Notes under the pieces: model-generated
Database searches by the model: none
The model's input: only the letters and a program-made list of their open reading frames with translations
Told to the model about the DNA's origin: nothing
In this document: piece after piece, positions 9,487-20,208 of the stretch
How the letters are laid out: every line of letters starts with the position of its first letter
How positions within the stretch are numbered: position 1 is the first letter of the stretch
NCBI GenBank assembly: GCA_027063225.1
Contig: JAMOSG010000022.1
Location: forward strand, 53,730-117,729
Length of the DNA stretch: 64,000 bases
Source of the DNA: Helicobacteraceae bacterium
GTDB taxonomy: Bacteria > Campylobacterota > Campylobacteria > Campylobacterales > Sulfurimonadaceae
Direction of reading: 5' to 3'
Made by a program: the position numbers and the translations under genes

Positions 9487-9521
9487 ATTATTGCAAAGAA
9501 GTGTTAATTTTGTGTTAAAAT
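9487..9521. promoter_or_regulatory. divergent extended -10 promoters for nosL (minus) and murJ (plus)
   Basis: TGCAATAAT on minus strand (9495-9487); TGTTAAAAT on plus strand (9513-9521). Confidence 0.45.
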
Positions 9522-9548
9522 TGTAAAAAATCTCTCATTTGGGTTAGT

Positions 9549-10955
9549 ATGTTTAAATCTATCTTCACTAATAGCTTTGGAATTTTGTTTTCACGTATCT
9601 TAGGGTTTGTACGTGATTTGCTTATGGCTTCTATTTTGGGTGCAAATATTTATAGTGATATTTTCTTTGTTGCTTTTAAGCTCCCTAACCTTTTTCGCCG
9701 TATTTTTGCCGAGGGTGCTTTTTCGCAGGTGTTTATTCCAGCTTTTGCACACTCTAAACATAAAGCTTTATTTAGCGTAAAGATATTTTTACTTTTTTTA
9801 TCTATTATAATCACGCTTACTCTTTTAGTAAATCTAGCCCCAAGCCTTATAACCCAAGCAATAGCATCTGGTTTTTCTAGCCAAAACATTGCCCTAGCTT
9901 CCCCTTATGTGGCAATAAACTTTTGGTATTTGCCCCTTATTTTTAGTGTAACGTTTATGGGTTCACTTTTGCAGTACAAACACCATTTTGCAACCACAGC
10001 TTTCTCTACTGCACTACTGAACCTTTCACTCATTGGTGCATTGCTTCTTGCACAAGATTTAGAAAAACAAACAATTGTCTTTTACTTAAGCATTGGGGTA
10101 ATTATTGGTGGAGTTTTACAAGTTCTCTCACACATTGTGGCACTGCATAAAATGGGACTTTTAAAAATGCTTTTTGGTGGAGCAAAATATTTAAAAAAGA
10201 AAATTGCCCTTACAACAAATGAAACAAAAAAATTTACAAAAGAGTTTTTCCCAGCAATGTGGGGAAACTCTACTGCACAAGTTTCTGCATTTTTAGATAC
10301 TATTTTAGCCTCTTTTTTAGTAAGTGGCTCTATTAGCTACCTTTACTATGCAAACCGTGTTTTTCAACTCCCTCTTGCACTTTTTGCTATTGCAACCTCT
10401 GTTGCACTCTTTCCAAAAGTTGCACGCTACCTAAAAAATAATGATGAACAAAAAGCACTTGCAAACCTCTCTAAAGCTTTTTGGTTTTTAACATACCTTT
10501 TAAGTTTTAGTGCCATTGGAGGCATTGTACTTTCAAATGAGATTGTAACACTCCTTTTTGAGCGTGGTGCATTCACACATAGTGACACCCTTACAACAGC
10601 AAATGTTTTAAGCATCTACCTTTTGGGATTACTCCCTTTTGGTTTGCAAAAACTTTTTTCTTTATGGCTCTATGCAAAACACCTTCAAATGCGTGCAGCT
10701 GCTATTGCAACCTATGCACTTGTAACGTATATTGTTTTTGCACTCCTGCTTTTAGAGCCACTTGGAGTTATGGGACTTGCCCTTGCTTCTACCCTTAGTG
10801 GAATGGTAAGTTTTTTCTTTACATTAAAAACATTTGGGCTTGAGCGTTTTTTTGCTATACTTCACTTTAAGAACATACTTTATCTTGTGCTTAGTTTAGT
10901 TATTTTCAGCTATCTACTTATACTTTTTAAGGATATAATTAATGTATATATTTGA
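9549..10955 (+). CDS. murJ: lipid II flippase MurJ
   Basis: SRILGFVRD, PNLFRRIFAEGAF, YYANRVFQLP, LFERGAF. Confidence 0.96.
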   Translation: MFKSIFTNSFGILFSRILGFVRDLLMASILGANIYSDIFFVAFKLPNLFRRIFAEGAFSQVFIPAFAHSKHKALFSVKIFLLFLSIIITLTLLVNLAPSLITQAIASGFSSQNIALASPYVAINFWYLPLIFSVTFMGSLLQYKHHFATTAFSTALLNLSLIGALLLAQDLEKQTIVFYLSIGVIIGGVLQVLSHIVALHKMGLLKMLFGGAKYLKKKIALTTNETKKFTKEFFPAMWGNSTAQVSAFLDTILASFLVSGSISYLYYANRVFQLPLALFAIATSVALFPKVARYLKNNDEQKALANLSKAFWFLTYLLSFSAIGGIVLSNEIVTLLFERGAFTHSDTLTTANVLSIYLLGLLPFGLQKLFSLWLYAKHLQMRAAAIATYALVTYIVFALLLLEPLGVMGLALASTLSGMVSFFFTLKTFGLERFFAILHFKNILYLVLSLVIFSYLLILFKDIINVYI

Positions 10956-12342
10956 CTCTCACCAAAAGAAAAAACTCCCATTTACTCCCCTACAAAAGGG
11001 AAAAGTAAAACTTTATGTTTGTGGTCCAACTGTGTATGACAATGCCCATTTAGGACATGCAAAAAGCTCTTTAGTGTTTGACTTGCTTCGTCGTGTTTTA
11101 GTAGCAAATGGTTATGATGTAACCTATGCACGCAACATTACAGATATTGACGATAAAATCATCAACAAAGCAAAAGAGAGTGGCAAAACCATAAAAGAGC
11201 TTACAGATTTTTACACAGAAGCATTTCATAAAGATATGCAAGCTATTGGTGTGCAAAAACCAGATATTGAACCAAAAGCAACGCAAAGTCTTGAAGCTAT
11301 GCAGCAGATGATTCAAAAACTTTTAGATAACAACCATGCCTACCAAACACCAAGTGGCGATGTTTACTTCGATACACAAAGCGATAGTGAGTATTTAACA
11401 CTCTCAAATAGAGTTCAAAATGAAGAGGAGAAACAAAACCGCGTGGAATCTTCACAAGAGAAAAAAAATAGTGCAGATTTTGCACTATGGAAAAGTGTGC
11501 AAGATGGCACAATCTCGTTTGATTCCCCTTTTGGTAAAGGGCGTCCTGGTTGGCACCTTGAGTGTTCTGCAATGATAGAAAAACATTTAGCATATGATGA
11601 TTTAGAATACGCCATAGATATCCACGGTGGTGGTGCAGACTTACTCTTTCCACACCATGAAAATGAAGCAGCACAAACACGTTGTTCCACGAATCACCAA
11701 CTTGCAAAATATTGGATACATAATGGGTTTGTCAATATAGATGGTGAGAAAATGAGCAAATCTTTAGGCAATAGCTTCTTTTTAAAAGATGCTCTTAAAG
11801 AATACCAAGGGGAAGTACTTCGTTTTTACCTTTTAAGCACACACTATAGAAGTGATTTTAACTTTAACACACAAGATTTAGAGAGTGCAAAAAAACGTCT
11901 TGATAAACTCTACCGCCTTAAAAAACGCCTTTTTGGACTTGAAGTAAAAGAGGAGCAAACACCTTTTCAAACAAAACTTTTAGAGGCTTTAAGTGATGAT
12001 TTAAACGTTTCATTTGCTTTTGCACTTATAGATGAGATGGTAACAAATGCGAATGAGATTTTAGATACAAAAGGCAAACACAAAGAGCTCAAACGTCAAA
12101 CATTAGCAAACTTAGCTTACATAGAAAAAGTGCTTGGCTTTGGGCAACAAAACCCATTTGAGTATTTTCAATTTGGCATAGATGAAACTACAAAAGAAAA
12201 AATCAACACTCTTATAGAGCAAAGAACTCAAGCAAAAAAAGCAAAAGATTTTGCTTTGTCAGATAAACTACGTGATGAGATTTTAGCTTATGGTGTACAA
12301 CTTATGGATACACCAAGTGGTACTTTTTGGGAAAAAGTGTAA
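10942..12342 (+). CDS. cysS: cysteine--tRNA ligase
   Basis: YVCGPTVY, HLGH, GRPGWHLECS, KMSKS. Confidence 0.98.
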   Translation: MYIFDSHQKKKLPFTPLQKGKVKLYVCGPTVYDNAHLGHAKSSLVFDLLRRVLVANGYDVTYARNITDIDDKIINKAKESGKTIKELTDFYTEAFHKDMQAIGVQKPDIEPKATQSLEAMQQMIQKLLDNNHAYQTPSGDVYFDTQSDSEYLTLSNRVQNEEEKQNRVESSQEKKNSADFALWKSVQDGTISFDSPFGKGRPGWHLECSAMIEKHLAYDDLEYAIDIHGGGADLLFPHHENEAAQTRCSTNHQLAKYWIHNGFVNIDGEKMSKSLGNSFFLKDALKEYQGEVLRFYLLSTHYRSDFNFNTQDLESAKKRLDKLYRLKKRLFGLEVKEEQTPFQTKLLEALSDDLNVSFAFALIDEMVTNANEILDTKGKHKELKRQTLANLAYIEKVLGFGQQNPFEYFQFGIDETTKEKINTLIEQRTQAKKAKDFALSDKLRDEILAYGVQLMDTPSGTFWEKV

Positions 12343-13256
12343 TGGATATCACCTTTATAAAAAACTTCATAAGCTCTCAAGAAACTTCACAAGAGTTTAA
12401 ACGCCTCTTTCATGGAAGGGGTGGAGCTTATGAGGGTGCAAAGCATCTTACAATCGATAGTATCGATACTGTTTTATTTTTAAGTTTATATTTTTTAGAA
12501 GATAAAGAAGATGCACTTATTGCAATGTTAAAGGAGTTTGTGCAAGATGAAACTTCAAGATACAAAACACTTGTAGTACAAAGACGCTATTTGCGTAACA
12601 CTCCAGCAGAGGTTGTTTATGGTGTGTTAGAAGATGATGTTTTTGCTTTTGAAGATGGTATGAAGTTTAAACTTAACCTTCACGCAAATCAAAATATTGG
12701 CTTTTTTGCAGATATGAAAAATGGAAGAGCATTTGTAAAACAAAACGCAAAAGATAAAAATGTTTTAAACCTCTTTTCTTACACATGTAGCTTTAGTGTA
12801 GCGGCAAAAATGGGTGGTGCAAAAAGTGTTGTCAATGTAGATATGAGCAAAGGTGCATTAAAAGTTGGAATGGCAAACCACTCCATAAACAATCTTGACC
12901 CAAAGGGAACAAGTTTTTTACCCTACAATATTTTAAAATCTTTTGGGCGTCTTGCAAAAAAAGGGCCCTACTCTTTAGTTATTATTGACCCACCAACATT
13001 TCAAAAAGGAAGCTTCGCAGCTACAAGTGACTACCAAAAAATCTTACAAAAACTCAACCAACTCACAACTGATGATGCAACTGTTGTAACATGCCTTAAT
13101 GCTCCAGAGTTAGATACAAACTTTTTAAAAGAGCTTATGAGTACCTACGCACCAGAATTTTGTTTTGAGCAAAGAGTTCCAAACCCACCAGAGTTTGTCA
13201 ATAGCAATGATGAAAAAGCTCTTAAAGTGTTAATCTATAAAAAAAATGCAGTATGA
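12342..13256 (+). CDS. class I SAM-dependent methyltransferase, RlmI/RlmK-like
   Basis: RLFHGRG, NIGFFADM, LNLFSYT, IIDPP; ATG overlaps the cysS stop (TAATG). Confidence 0.82.
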   Translation: MDITFIKNFISSQETSQEFKRLFHGRGGAYEGAKHLTIDSIDTVLFLSLYFLEDKEDALIAMLKEFVQDETSRYKTLVVQRRYLRNTPAEVVYGVLEDDVFAFEDGMKFKLNLHANQNIGFFADMKNGRAFVKQNAKDKNVLNLFSYTCSFSVAAKMGGAKSVVNVDMSKGALKVGMANHSINNLDPKGTSFLPYNILKSFGRLAKKGPYSLVIIDPPTFQKGSFAATSDYQKILQKLNQLTTDDATVVTCLNAPELDTNFLKELMSTYAPEFCFEQRVPNPPEFVNSNDEKALKVLIYKKNAV

Positions 13257-14463
13257 TGTTATAGTTATAGGCTCTGGTGGTGCGGGGATAATGGCTGCAA
13301 TAGCAGCTGCTCAAAATGGTAAAAAAGTGCTTCTTTTAGAAAAACTCTCCACTATTGGAGCAAAACTCAAAGCAAGTGGTGGTGGCAAATGCAACATTAC
13401 AAATACACTCAAGCTCAATGAATTTTTACAATATTTTGGTAAAAATGGAAGATTTATTCGTGATGCACTTACAACTTTTAGCTCTCAAGATTTACGTGAA
13501 TTTTTAAAAGAGATTGGTGTGCCAACACATGCACCAGATGGTTTTAGAGTTTTTCCAACTACACACAACTCATCAACTATCATAGAAGCACTCTTGCAAC
13601 ATCTAAAAAAACTCAATGTAGAGATAAAAACAAACATCTCAGCAACAAAAATTTTACACAAAACAAACCACGTTTATGGTGTAGCAACCAATCAAGAAGA
13701 TTTTTTTGCTCCAAATGTTGTTATAGCTACAGGTGGTAAAGGCTACCCAATGCTTGGAACAACTGGAGATGGCTACACTCTCGCACAAGAGTGTGGACAC
13801 ACAATAACAAAACTCTATCCTGCAATGTTGCCACTGCATACCAAAGAGCAATGGGTAAATAGACTTCGTGCAAACACTATTGCAAAAGCAACCCTTAAAA
13901 TTGATCTTAAAAAGTACAAAAAACTCAAAGCTGTTGGGGATTTGATTTTTACAAAAAATGGTTTACGTGGACCTGTTATTTTAGATTTTGCAAGGGAGAT
14001 CACTCCACTTTTAGAAACACACAAAGAGATACCAATAGTTGCAAACCTCACACAAGGTATGAATGAAAACGATGCCTTAGAGCTACTCAAAAAAAATAGC
14101 CATAAAACTGTTTTTGAAACACTTACACAAGTAGTTCCTAAAGAGTTAGCTACAATTTTTTGTGAACTCTCAAACATCACTTTAGAGCAAAAATACAAAC
14201 AACTCCAAGGCTCTAGCAAAGAAAAGCTTGTAAAACTTTTAGCATGGACTCCATTAACAATTATAGGAGATGATGGTTTTGAAAAAGCAATGGTTACACG
14301 TGGAGGAGTAAATCTTAAAGAGATAGATCCAAAAACAATGCAAAGTAAACGCATTAATGGACTTTACTTTTGTGGAGAGGTTTTAGATATAGATGGAGCG
14401 TGTGGAGGGTATAACCTTCAATACTGTTTTAGTAGTGGGTATTTGTGTGGGGTAAATATATAA
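13246..14463 (+). CDS. HI0933/BaiN-family FAD/NAD(P)-dependent oxidoreductase
   Basis: GSGGAG, ASGGGKCNITN, ATGG..YP..GTTGDG, GEVLD..G.CGGYNLQ. Confidence 0.9.
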   Translation: MQYDVIVIGSGGAGIMAAIAAAQNGKKVLLLEKLSTIGAKLKASGGGKCNITNTLKLNEFLQYFGKNGRFIRDALTTFSSQDLREFLKEIGVPTHAPDGFRVFPTTHNSSTIIEALLQHLKKLNVEIKTNISATKILHKTNHVYGVATNQEDFFAPNVVIATGGKGYPMLGTTGDGYTLAQECGHTITKLYPAMLPLHTKEQWVNRLRANTIAKATLKIDLKKYKKLKAVGDLIFTKNGLRGPVILDFAREITPLLETHKEIPIVANLTQGMNENDALELLKKNSHKTVFETLTQVVPKELATIFCELSNITLEQKYKQLQGSSKEKLVKLLAWTPLTIIGDDGFEKAMVTRGGVNLKEIDPKTMQSKRINGLYFCGEVLDIDGACGGYNLQYCFSSGYLCGVNI

Positions 14464-14472
14464 ATTTATTTA

Positions 14473-14733
14473 CTAATTGTTTTCTTCTAAAAGTTTCTCA
14501 AGAAGCTCAGTTTGTTTTTTTGTTTCGTAAAGTCTCTCTTTATGCACTATAAAAGCATCAAGAAGTAAAATCAAAAAAAGTGATAGAAAGATAAAAATAA
14601 AAGTGAAAAAGAGTGAAAGTAAAATCCCACTAAAAAGAAAGAGTTTAAAAGTAACAAGAGCACCAAAGAACACAAAAGCCCATGATGCTCCAAGCAAAAA
14701 GTCTATAATCTTATGAAAAATATCTTTTTGCAT
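14473..14733 (-). CDS. small membrane hypothetical protein
   Basis: Two TM segments; 8 bp downstream of atpB. Confidence 0.7.
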   Translation of the reverse strand: MQKDIFHKIIDFLLGASWAFVFFGALVTFKLFLFSGILLSLFFTFIFIFLSLFLILLLDAFIVHKERLYETKKQTELLEKLLEENN

Positions 14734-14741
14734 AGAAGTTT

Positions 14742-15416
14742 TTAGTGTTCCTCAACAGCTACTGCAGAACCAATATATACCGTTGTAAGCATCATAAAAA
14801 TAAATGCTTGTAACAAAGCCATAAAAGTTAATAATGCAAATGGAACCATTGGTAAAATCCATGGTGCAAGCATTAAAAGAACCATTAAGAACATATCATC
14901 ACCTTTTACATTTCCAAAAAGACGAAAAGACAGTGAAACTAAACGTGAAAAGTGAGATACGATTTCAATTGGGAACATTAACCAATATAACCACCATACA
15001 GGACCTAAAAAGTGTTTGAAATATTTTACAACACCTTGACGTTTGATACCTTCATAGTTGTAGTAAACAAATACAACAATAGCAAGTGCTAAAGGCATCT
15101 CTAAAAATGCTGTAGGAGCTTCAAAACCTGGTACAACACCAATTAAGTTAGCAATAGCAACAAAAAGACCAATTGTAGCTACAAGTGGAACATAACGACG
15201 AGCATCCTCTTCACCCATAACATCAATACCCATTTGAAGAACACCACCAAGGTATGCTTCCATTAGGTTTTGAGTACCTTTTGGTACTAGTTGTAAATTA
15301 GCCATAGCGTATCTTGCAATTAAAAGAGCAAGACCAGCAGATAATAGCATATGCGCCATATAAATAAACGTCTTATCGTGAGAAATAAGACCAAAAAAAG
15401 TAAACAATTCCGGCAT
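14742..15416 (-). CDS. atpB: F0F1 ATP synthase subunit a
   Basis: SLSFRLFGN with essential Arg, LQAFIF; GGGAG RBS. Confidence 0.97.
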   Translation of the reverse strand: MPELFTFFGLISHDKTFIYMAHMLLSAGLALLIARYAMANLQLVPKGTQNLMEAYLGGVLQMGIDVMGEEDARRYVPLVATIGLFVAIANLIGVVPGFEAPTAFLEMPLALAIVVFVYYNYEGIKRQGVVKYFKHFLGPVWWLYWLMFPIEIVSHFSRLVSLSFRLFGNVKGDDMFLMVLLMLAPWILPMVPFALLTFMALLQAFIFMMLTTVYIGSAVAVEEH

Positions 15417-15484
15417 AAAAGCACTCCCATCTCAAAAATAAATTGCACTATTATAATCTAATTTGCATTAAATTATTATAATAC

Positions 15485-16501
15485 TTAAAAAATTTTCCTT
15501 TTTTTTGCTTTTAAGTTTCTATTTGAAAGAGCTTCAAGCACTACAGTTGCATAAGAACCTTTTGGTAAATTAAAATCTACAACAACACTCTGCTGCGATT
15601 TTGCATACTTAAATGTTATATTTTTAGGAAAAACAACTGCTTCGCGACGCTCCCCTTTTGTGTAGAGAAATTCATCATCAAATTTTTTCTCTATCTCTCT
15701 TGCTTTTGCTCTTGCTCTATAAACACTTCTTCCAGCTAAAAGTCCTGTTGGAGTAACTTTTTGCGCTAAAAAATCTTCTGTTAAAATATTTTTAGGAGTA
15801 AAGAGTTTTCCTTTAAAATCACTATAAACATCACCCTCAAAAAGTTTTAAATACTCTAAATTCTCTTTTTTGCTTAATGCTACTCTATATTGCAACCATC
15901 TATTGTAAAGGTCACTTTGGTAAATGGAGATAAGAAATTTTTTTAGTTTATTATCCTCAATAAAAAGTTCTCCACTAATCATATCTTTTGCTTGTTGTAA
16001 GGAGCTTTCATCTCTTCCAAAACGCTGGTATCCAAAATAGTTTGGTACACCATATTTTGTAATTTTTTTTGCTCTTTTTTGCAACTCATGAAGCATTGTT
16101 TCATCTACATTATGTAAACGAATACGAAATCTATTTCCCACTAAATCACCCATACGAATTGAGTATTTATCTTTTGTAATATTTAAGATTTTTATATTTT
16201 TATGCTCAAAACGTTTGAGTAAAAAGATATATTTTGCATCCATAGAGATATACTGCGTTGTTGTTGCGTGTTTATCTTTAAGCCCAGCATACCCTATACG
16301 CTCTGCATCTATTCCAATATATCTAGCAAAGGCTGCTATCATATCCCATGTTGTGATATCTGTTTTTTTTACTAAAATAATTGCATTTTTCCCTTTGCCA
16401 CCAAACTCTCTTGGAATCTCATCTACTATAAAATCTTCACGATTTTGCTCAAATTTAAAGTAGAGTGGCTCACCCTCTGTAAAATATTCTCTTTGTGTCA
16501 T
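15485..16501 (-). CDS. truD: tRNA pseudouridine(13) synthase TruD
   Basis: EDFIVDE, GYAGLKDK, NYFGYQRFG, LPKGSYAT. Confidence 0.94.
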   Translation of the reverse strand: MTQREYFTEGEPLYFKFEQNREDFIVDEIPREFGGKGKNAIILVKKTDITTWDMIAAFARYIGIDAERIGYAGLKDKHATTTQYISMDAKYIFLLKRFEHKNIKILNITKDKYSIRMGDLVGNRFRIRLHNVDETMLHELQKRAKKITKYGVPNYFGYQRFGRDESSLQQAKDMISGELFIEDNKLKKFLISIYQSDLYNRWLQYRVALSKKENLEYLKLFEGDVYSDFKGKLFTPKNILTEDFLAQKVTPTGLLAGRSVYRARAKAREIEKKFDDEFLYTKGERREAVVFPKNITFKYAKSQQSVVVDFNLPKGSYATVVLEALSNRNLKAKKRKIF

Positions 16502-16509
16502 TTATATCC

Positions 16510-16740
16510 TTAGTATGCACTTTTTTGCATAACTTTTATACCAAAATCTTCACGCTTTGGCTCTTGATTAGTTTGTTGCTGCTTCTTTGGAAGCTCTTTT
16601 TGAACAAACACCTTTTTTTCTAATACTTCTGTTTCATGAAAAAGTGTTGTTGCTATAAAAAATAAAATCATAATAACTACTACACTTGCATATGCTAAAA
16701 TATAATTTTTTATATGCCCACTTTCAAATGGATTTTCCAT
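16510..16740 (-). CDS. small single-TM hypothetical protein
   Basis: AGGAG RBS, one TM segment, tightly packed in the operon. Confidence 0.65.
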   Translation of the reverse strand: MENPFESGHIKNYILAYASVVVIMILFFIATTLFHETEVLEKKVFVQKELPKKQQQTNQEPKREDFGIKVMQKSAY

Positions 16741-16749
16741 TTTAACTCC

Positions 16750-18504
16750 TTAATGCCCATTTGTTTGATGATGAAACTCAGGAACTATTTTTTGTAATTT
16801 TTCAATTTTTGCTTCAGCTTCTAAAAGCTCTTGTATATCTTTTTGAAGCTGTTGCACATTATATTTTACAGGCTTTGCAACTGTTATAGACTCATACTGC
16901 GTTGAAGCATCACTCTCATTAATAAGTAACTCTTCAAAAAGTTTTTCCCCTTTACGCAAACCACTAAAAACTATCTCTATGTCATCTCTTCCACTTAAAA
17001 GAATCATCTTTTTAGCTAAATCTACTATTTTTATAGGCTCACCCATATCTAAAATAAAAATCTCTCCACCTTTGCCTATGCTTCCAGCTTGAAGTACCAA
17101 TTCACACGCCTCACTTACAAGCATAAAATAGCGTGTTACATCTGGGTGTGTTACAGTAATAGCCTCCCCTTTGTTAATTTGCTCTTGAAATTTTGGAATA
17201 ACACTCCCACTACTTCCCAAAACATTTCCAAAACGTACACTGACAATTTCAGTATTTTTAGAATCTACATTTTGAGCATAAAGCTCCCCAACCCGCTTTG
17301 TTGCACCCATAACATTTGTTGGGCGAACCGCCTTATCACTTGAGATAAAAATAAACTTTTGCACCCCATACTCAATACTTAAATCGATAATATTTTGCGT
17401 TCCAACAATATTATTGATAAGTGCTTCTTGGATATTTTCTTCCACCAAAGGAACATGTTTATAGGCTGCTGCGTGAATTACAATATCTGGCTTATATTTT
17501 TTAAATGTCTGCTCAAGCAAATCTTTCTCTACAATATTTTGTAAAACTGGAACTTTTTTAACTTTTGTTATTTTAGCATCAATACTATAAAGGTTAAACT
17601 CACTATGATCTAACAAATATAACTCTTTAGCACCATACGCTTCACACTGCAAGGCCAACTCACTCCCTATACTCCCACCAGCACCAGAGATAAGAATTTT
17701 TTTACCTTTTATAAAATTAGCAATTAAATTTTTATCTAAATCTTGTGGATTTCTTGCGAGTAAATCTTCAATGGAGATATTTTTAAGTACTGTTTTTGAA
17801 TCAAAAAGTGTTGTTTGTTTAATCTCTTTTACACCATACGAAGAAAGTTTTTCTATTAAAAAATCTAACTTTTCTTTAGGTAACTCTTGTGTAAGAATAA
17901 CCACTTCAATACCAAATTTTTCTATAACTTTTTTAATTTCATCTTCACTATAAACACGAATATTTTGAAAATAGTTTCCTGCTAATTTATTATCAAAAAT
18001 AGCTTTTATAATATATTCATTATGGTTTAATATCTCATCTATTCTATTTGTTACTCCAAAAATTGCTGTTTTTTTCTCACCTATACTCCCTTTTTGTAAA
18101 AAAAGGCGTTTATAAAAACGTAAAAATGAAAGGAGCGACATAGAGAGGAAAAAATCTATAATAACAACTCCACGTGGAAATGGTTCAAAAAAAGAAAAAC
18201 TCATTCCAATAGCCATTAAAAAACTATAAGCAATAAGATGTGCATATAGAAGTTTTTTATACTCATACGCTCCAAAAAAACGCCAAATCGTAAAATAGAG
18301 TTTAAAACTAAAAAACAAAAAAAGTTTTACAAGCACTAAAAAAAGTGCCATTTTATAAAGTGTTGGCAAAAAATATGGTGGTATCTCAAAATTAAAACGA
18401 AGTAAAAAACTTCCATAAATTGTAAAGAGAGTTATAATAACATCAAACACTACAAAAAATGTTATACGTTTTGCATTTGTTGGTTGTAACCATTTATGAA
18501 ACAT
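16750..18504 (-). CDS. pglF: UDP-GlcNAc 4,6-dehydratase PglF
   Basis: Four N-terminal TMs; GAGGSIGSE, HAAAYKHVP, SDKAVRPTNVMGATK, RFGNVLGSSGS. Confidence 0.93.
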   Translation of the reverse strand: MFHKWLQPTNAKRITFFVVFDVIITLFTIYGSFLLRFNFEIPPYFLPTLYKMALFLVLVKLFLFFSFKLYFTIWRFFGAYEYKKLLYAHLIAYSFLMAIGMSFSFFEPFPRGVVIIDFFLSMSLLSFLRFYKRLFLQKGSIGEKKTAIFGVTNRIDEILNHNEYIIKAIFDNKLAGNYFQNIRVYSEDEIKKVIEKFGIEVVILTQELPKEKLDFLIEKLSSYGVKEIKQTTLFDSKTVLKNISIEDLLARNPQDLDKNLIANFIKGKKILISGAGGSIGSELALQCEAYGAKELYLLDHSEFNLYSIDAKITKVKKVPVLQNIVEKDLLEQTFKKYKPDIVIHAAAYKHVPLVEENIQEALINNIVGTQNIIDLSIEYGVQKFIFISSDKAVRPTNVMGATKRVGELYAQNVDSKNTEIVSVRFGNVLGSSGSVIPKFQEQINKGEAITVTHPDVTRYFMLVSEACELVLQAGSIGKGGEIFILDMGEPIKIVDLAKKMILLSGRDDIEIVFSGLRKGEKLFEELLINESDASTQYESITVAKPVKYNVQQLQKDIQELLEAEAKIEKLQKIVPEFHHQTNGH

Positions 18505-19588
18505 ACTTTTTTATAACCTTTATCACTTTTTCTAGTTCATTAAAACTACTATTTGTTGGTGTTGGCAAACATAATCCTCGATTAAACAAATCTTCACTTA
18601 CACCATTTAAAAAACTTTGCTCATTTTCAAAGAGTGGCTGCAGATGCATCGGCTTCCACAAAGGTCTTGCCTCTATGCCATTTTCTTGCAATTTTTGCAC
18701 AAGTTTAAATGGGTCACTCTTTTTGAGTGTAACAGTTGTAAGCCATCTATTGCCAAAAGAATCTGGTAACTCTGGCATAAACTCTATCTCCTGTATATCT
18801 TGGAGTTGCTCTTTATACCATCTAAAAATTTCTCTTGTTTTTGCAATTCGCTCATCTAAAACTTCCATTTGTGCAATACCAATAGCAGCTAAAACATTAC
18901 TTAACCTGTAATTATATCCAAACTCTTGATGTTGATAGTAAAGTGCATCCTCTTTTGCTTGTGTTGCTAAAAAACGAGCTTTTTCTATCCACTCTTTATT
19001 TTTGCTAACAAGCATTCCTCCACCTGAAGTTGTTAAGATTTTATTGCCATTAAAACTATATACCCCAAAATCGCCAAATGTTCCACTTTGTTTCTTGTTA
19101 TAAGTTGCTCCTAAACTCTCTGCAGCATCTTCTATAAGGTAAATATTATGCTCTTTACAAATTTTTACTATTTGTTCTATATCTGCCATTTGCCCATAAA
19201 GGTGCGTTACAATTAAAGCTTTTGGTTTTTTTGGAAGTTTTTTAAGTGCTTCTTCTAAAAGCTTTGATGAGAGGTTCCAGCTCTTATCGCTATCTATAAA
19301 AACAGGTTTAGCTCCAACATACAAAATAGGAGCTACAGAACCAATAAAAGTAAAAGTAGAGCTCAAAACAATATCATCTTTTCCAATGCCAAGTACACGC
19401 AAAGCTAAATGAAGAGCTGAAGTAGCATTAATTACTCCTAGTGCATTTGAAATATTACAATACTCTTTAATTTTATTTTCAAACTTATCTAAATACTCCC
19501 CAACAGGGGCAATATAATTACTTTTAAAAACATCTTCTATATACTCTAACTCTTTGCCACTCATATGTGGAGGGGATAAAAAAATCAT
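18494..19588 (-). CDS. pglE: UDP-4-keto-6-deoxy-GlcNAc aminotransferase PglE (DegT family)
   Basis: LSPPHM, EDAAESLG, SFNGNKILTTSGGG. Confidence 0.92.
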   Translation of the reverse strand: MIFLSPPHMSGKELEYIEDVFKSNYIAPVGEYLDKFENKIKEYCNISNALGVINATSALHLALRVLGIGKDDIVLSSTFTFIGSVAPILYVGAKPVFIDSDKSWNLSSKLLEEALKKLPKKPKALIVTHLYGQMADIEQIVKICKEHNIYLIEDAAESLGATYNKKQSGTFGDFGVYSFNGNKILTTSGGGMLVSKNKEWIEKARFLATQAKEDALYYQHQEFGYNYRLSNVLAAIGIAQMEVLDERIAKTREIFRWYKEQLQDIQEIEFMPELPDSFGNRWLTTVTLKKSDPFKLVQKLQENGIEARPLWKPMHLQPLFENEQSFLNGVSEDLFNRGLCLPTPTNSSFNELEKVIKVIKKYVS

Positions 19589-20208
19589 ACCATACCCTTT
19601 AAAACTTCTACTATCTCTTTGCGAGAATTGACTTCAAACTCTGCATTATTTTCATACTCTTTGTAAATTCCAACAGGGTTTTTCAAGCGAATTGTTCTCC
19701 AACCAAGCTCTTTTGGTGCAAAAAAATCTTTTTTTGGGTTATCTGCAATATAAACAAACGCTTCATCTTTAAAATGTTGCATAACAAGTTCAAATGGTTT
19801 TTTATTTGGTTTTGCACTATGGTAAAAATCACTAAAAATTGGTTTTTGAATGTAGTGTTGCAACCCTAAAGTATCAAACTTATTTTGTTGCGTAATATAG
19901 TGCCCATCACTAATAAGTGCTGTTTTATACTCTTTTGCAAACTCAAGCAAAGTACGTGCTTGATTATCTAATGCAATATTTGGTTTTGCAAAACGGTAAA
20001 TCTCTATAAGTTTTTGAAGCTTCACATCTAAGCTAAACTCTTCTAATAAAGCATTAAAAACCCTACCACTTCCACTTTTGTAAAACTCTTCAAGCATAAA
20101 TGCATAACTTTGCTCAATTTTTAGATACTTACTAATATGCATAAAACCACTTTTTACAAAATCTATCTCATCATAAAGTGTATCATCTAAATCAAATACT
20201 AAAACCAT
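19585..20208 (-). CDS. HAD-family hydrolase/phosphatase
   Basis: FDLDDTLY motif I, SDG motif II, KP, ADN..KD. Confidence 0.9.
   Translation of the reverse strand: MVLVFDLDDTLYDEIDFVKSGFMHISKYLKIEQSYAFMLEEFYKSGSGRVFNALLEEFSLDVKLQKLIEIYRFAKPNIALDNQARTLLEFAKEYKTALISDGHYITQQNKFDTLGLQHYIQKPIFSDFYHSAKPNKKPFELVMQHFKDEAFVYIADNPKKDFFAPKELGWRTIRLKNPVGIYKEYENNAEFEVNSRKEIVEVLKGMV

Noticed and set aside
13815-14354. 179-aa antisense ORF and the other short antisense or nested ORFs (e.g. 11297-11707, 18459-18911, 41832-42236)
   Set aside because: Shadow frames of well-supported genes with no motifs of their own.
14742-15416. atpB separated from the rest of the atp operon
   Set aside because: Normal arrangement in Campylobacterota.
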